DNA from: the human T2T-CHM13v2.0 reference genome, Homo sapiens
Assembly (NCBI RefSeq): GCF_009914755.1
Contig: NC_060934.1
Strand: one strand, 5' to 3'
Length of the DNA: 64,000 nucleotides
Shown here: in pieces, positions 61,670-64,000 of the stretch
Layout: each line of letters starts with the position of its first letter
Numbering within the stretch: position 1 is the stretch's first letter
The notes under the pieces: generated by a model
The model's database searches: none
Seen by the model: the letters and a program-made list of their open reading frames with translations, nothing else
What the model was told of the DNA's origin: nothing
Position numbers and translations under genes: made by a program

Positions 61670-63150
61670 CCACGATTATAGAAGAAACAATAAATTTTTT
61701 TAAAAATTCAATGCTTGGTTTAAGAAATTAGAAATAAAAAAACAAAAAGTAGCACAAGAAGGAATTAAGATAACAAAAAAATAAAATGTAATAATAGGTT
61801 AAATATATCCCAAAGCCAGTTCTTCCAAAGGACCAATAAAATAGACAAACTTTCATGAGTTTAATCAAGAATTAAAGAGGACAGAAATATACAAGCTTAG
61901 GAATGAGAAAGAAAACATGACCGTAGATAAGGAAGGCATTAAAATAGTTTTAAGAATATCCTAGGACAATGCGTAGAAATAAAGGTCAAAACCTGGAGGA
62001 AATGTGTATTTTTTTAGCAAAATATAAGCTGCCACTATTGATCCCAGAGGAAGGAACAACCATGAATAAACAAATTACCATAGAAGGGATGGACAAGATA
62101 ATGGAAGATCTACAATTAAGAAAGACAGCAGTATAAGATATTGTCACAGCTGAGGAAAGCCCTCTAGCAAGGAGATGCAGGTGTTGGCAGCTGGAAGTCC
62201 AGCAGGCATTCACAGAAAAGGTAAGAGTGAGAGGACCTGACAGAACGCTGATAGTATCTGCAACAACTACTAGGGCAAAAATATGTTAATTGCCCTGGTA
62301 GGCAAGGAAATGCACATTAAAACAATAGACATCATTGTGCCCCATAATATTGGCAATTACAAGGGGGAATTACAGATGCTTATGGCTGGAGGCCCACAGG
62401 AAAAAAAGATTCTCTTATATTTGGTGGTGGAAGTATGAATTGTCACAACCTATTGAGAAACAATCCAATAATATCCATTAAAATTCAAGTTGTGTGTGTG
62501 TGTGTGTGTATGTAATTTGTTTTAGCAATTCCAGTTCTAGGGATCCATCCCATGGAAATAAAATAAACACAACAATCTATAGGAATATATGATCAGGGAG
62601 ATTTTACAGCAATATTGTAGAGATTTTTAGAAAAGAAAATGCCAATCAATAGGAAAATGGCTGAAAACATATTAATACCTCCATACCATGTACAATTGTT
62701 CAGCTATTAAAAATGAGTTATGGCCAGGCATGGTGGCTCATGCCTGTAATCCCAGCACTTTGGGAGGTTGAGGCAGGAAGATAATTAAGGCCAGGAGTTC
62801 AAGAGCAGCCCAGGCAACATAGTGAGATCCCACCCCTACTAAGAATTTAAAAAACTTTAAATAAATTTATAAAATAAAATTTTAAAATGAGTTAGATCTA
62901 AATAGATCAAATCAGAAGAATTTTTCAATGTATTATTAAGTGAGAAAGCTAAGATATGGAGGAATTTCCATAATATGATTTCATTTTAGTAAAAAAAAAA
63001 GTTAAATCACATTGTGTCTGTGTTTATGCTTGTACAAAAGCATGAAGGAAGGTCCAGAAGGATGCTCAGTAGCTTGGTACACAAGGTACCCTGCTTCTTC
63101 TGGTGGTGGAGAGAGATGGTAGTAATGCCAATGTTTGGGAAGGAAAGAGA
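61670..63150 (+). mobile_element. Ancient L1M fragments with an Alu left monomer (about 62722-62850)
   Basis: A-rich degenerate ORF2/3' end motifs (AATAAAATAGACAAAC, AGCAATTCCAGTTCTAGG). Confidence 0.6.
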
Positions 63151-63190
63151 GAGAGAGAGAGACCCAAGATTAAAAAATATGTATGGTATC

Positions 63191-63552
63191 TCTGTTAGCC
63201 CATTTTCACATTGCTGTAAAAAAAACTCTCTGAGACTGGGTAATTTATAAAAAAAGAGGTTTAGCTGACTCACAGTTCCATATTGCTGGGGAGGCCTCAG
63301 GAAACACAATCATGGTGGAAGGTGAAGGGGAAGAAAGGCACTTCTTACATGGTAGGAAGAGAGAGAGACTGAGGGGGGAAGTGCCACACTTTTAAACCAT
63401 CAGATCTCGTGAGAACACCTCACTATCACAAGAACAGCACGGGAGAAATCTGCCACCATGATTCAATCACCTCCACCAGGCCCCTCCCCTGACATGTGGG
63501 GATTACAATTCAACATGAGATTTGGGTGGGGATGAAGAGCCAAACAATATCA
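63191..63552 (-). mobile_element. MSTA/THE1D-like solo LTR
   Basis: CTGAGACTGGGTAATTTATAAA..CATGAGATTTGGGTGGGG..GCCAAACAATATCA. Confidence 0.88.
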
Positions 63553-63706
63553 ATATCTATGCATCATTCTATATGTGTATGGATATAAAGAAATATATGA
63601 AAAGCAGGTCTCCAAAATTAAATAGTGTCATGTGACAAGATATCAGAGATGGTTTTGCCTCTCTGTTTCACATATTTTTGAGTCTTAATTTTAATTAATG
63701 TGTGTT

Positions 63707-63972
63707 TGTATTAGTCAGGGTTCTCCAAGGAACAGAACCAATGGCAGAGAGAGAGAGAGAATAGATGATTTGATAAACAGAGAGATAAATAGATGATTTA
63801 ATAGATAGTTAGAGAGATAGGAAGATAGAGGATAGACATAGATATAGATAGATGTTTAGATAGATAAATACATAGGAAGATAAATAGATGATAGATAGGG
63901 AGATAGAGAGGAAGACTGATAAATCATAGATGATTTGATGGATGATAGATATATGGATAGGAAGACAGATAG
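63707..63972. mobile_element. MLT2 (HERV-L) LTR end expanding into a (GATA)n repeat; a THE1-like start follows at about 63973
   Basis: TGTATTAGTCAGGGTTCTCC..AACAGAACCAAT then TAGA repeats. Confidence 0.75.
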
Positions 63973-64000
63973 TCATATGGTTAGGCTGTATCCCCACTCA

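Overview
Human-type genomic DNA containing the complete vimentin gene (VIM, + strand, chr10p13 from recall). Nine GT-AG coding exons span 11968-19815 and give 1401 nt = 466 aa + stop. The gene has a CpG-island promoter (TATA, inverted CCAAT, NF-kB, tandem AP-1), a probable upstream non-coding exon, and the head-to-head antisense lncRNA VIM-AS1 running leftwards. The rest is non-coding and repeat-rich: about 40 Alus, L1 fragments, MaLR and ERV1/ERVK/ERVL LTRs, an ERVL internal remnant and DNA-transposon MITEs. No other protein-coding gene is supported. Best unexplained structure: (1) locally templated insertions, namely a ~594-bp inverted copy pasted into an Alu at 48.3-49.8 kb, a 71-bp copy splitting a 14-bp hairpin, an orphan THE1/MST-internal piece with a snap-back junction, and a ~53-bp copy inside an AluJ just downstream of VIM; (2) a 6 x 67-bp minisatellite derived from ERVL pol with CCAAT, AP-1-like and TEAD motifs in every unit; (3) p53 response elements carried by MER61 and LTR10 LTRs downstream of VIM; (4) dual-use promoter sequence, with an AP-1 site that is also a splice donor and a six-tract G4 on the strand displaced by VIM-AS1 R-loops. 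Repeat family names come from recalled consensus sequences, and identities were counted by eye.
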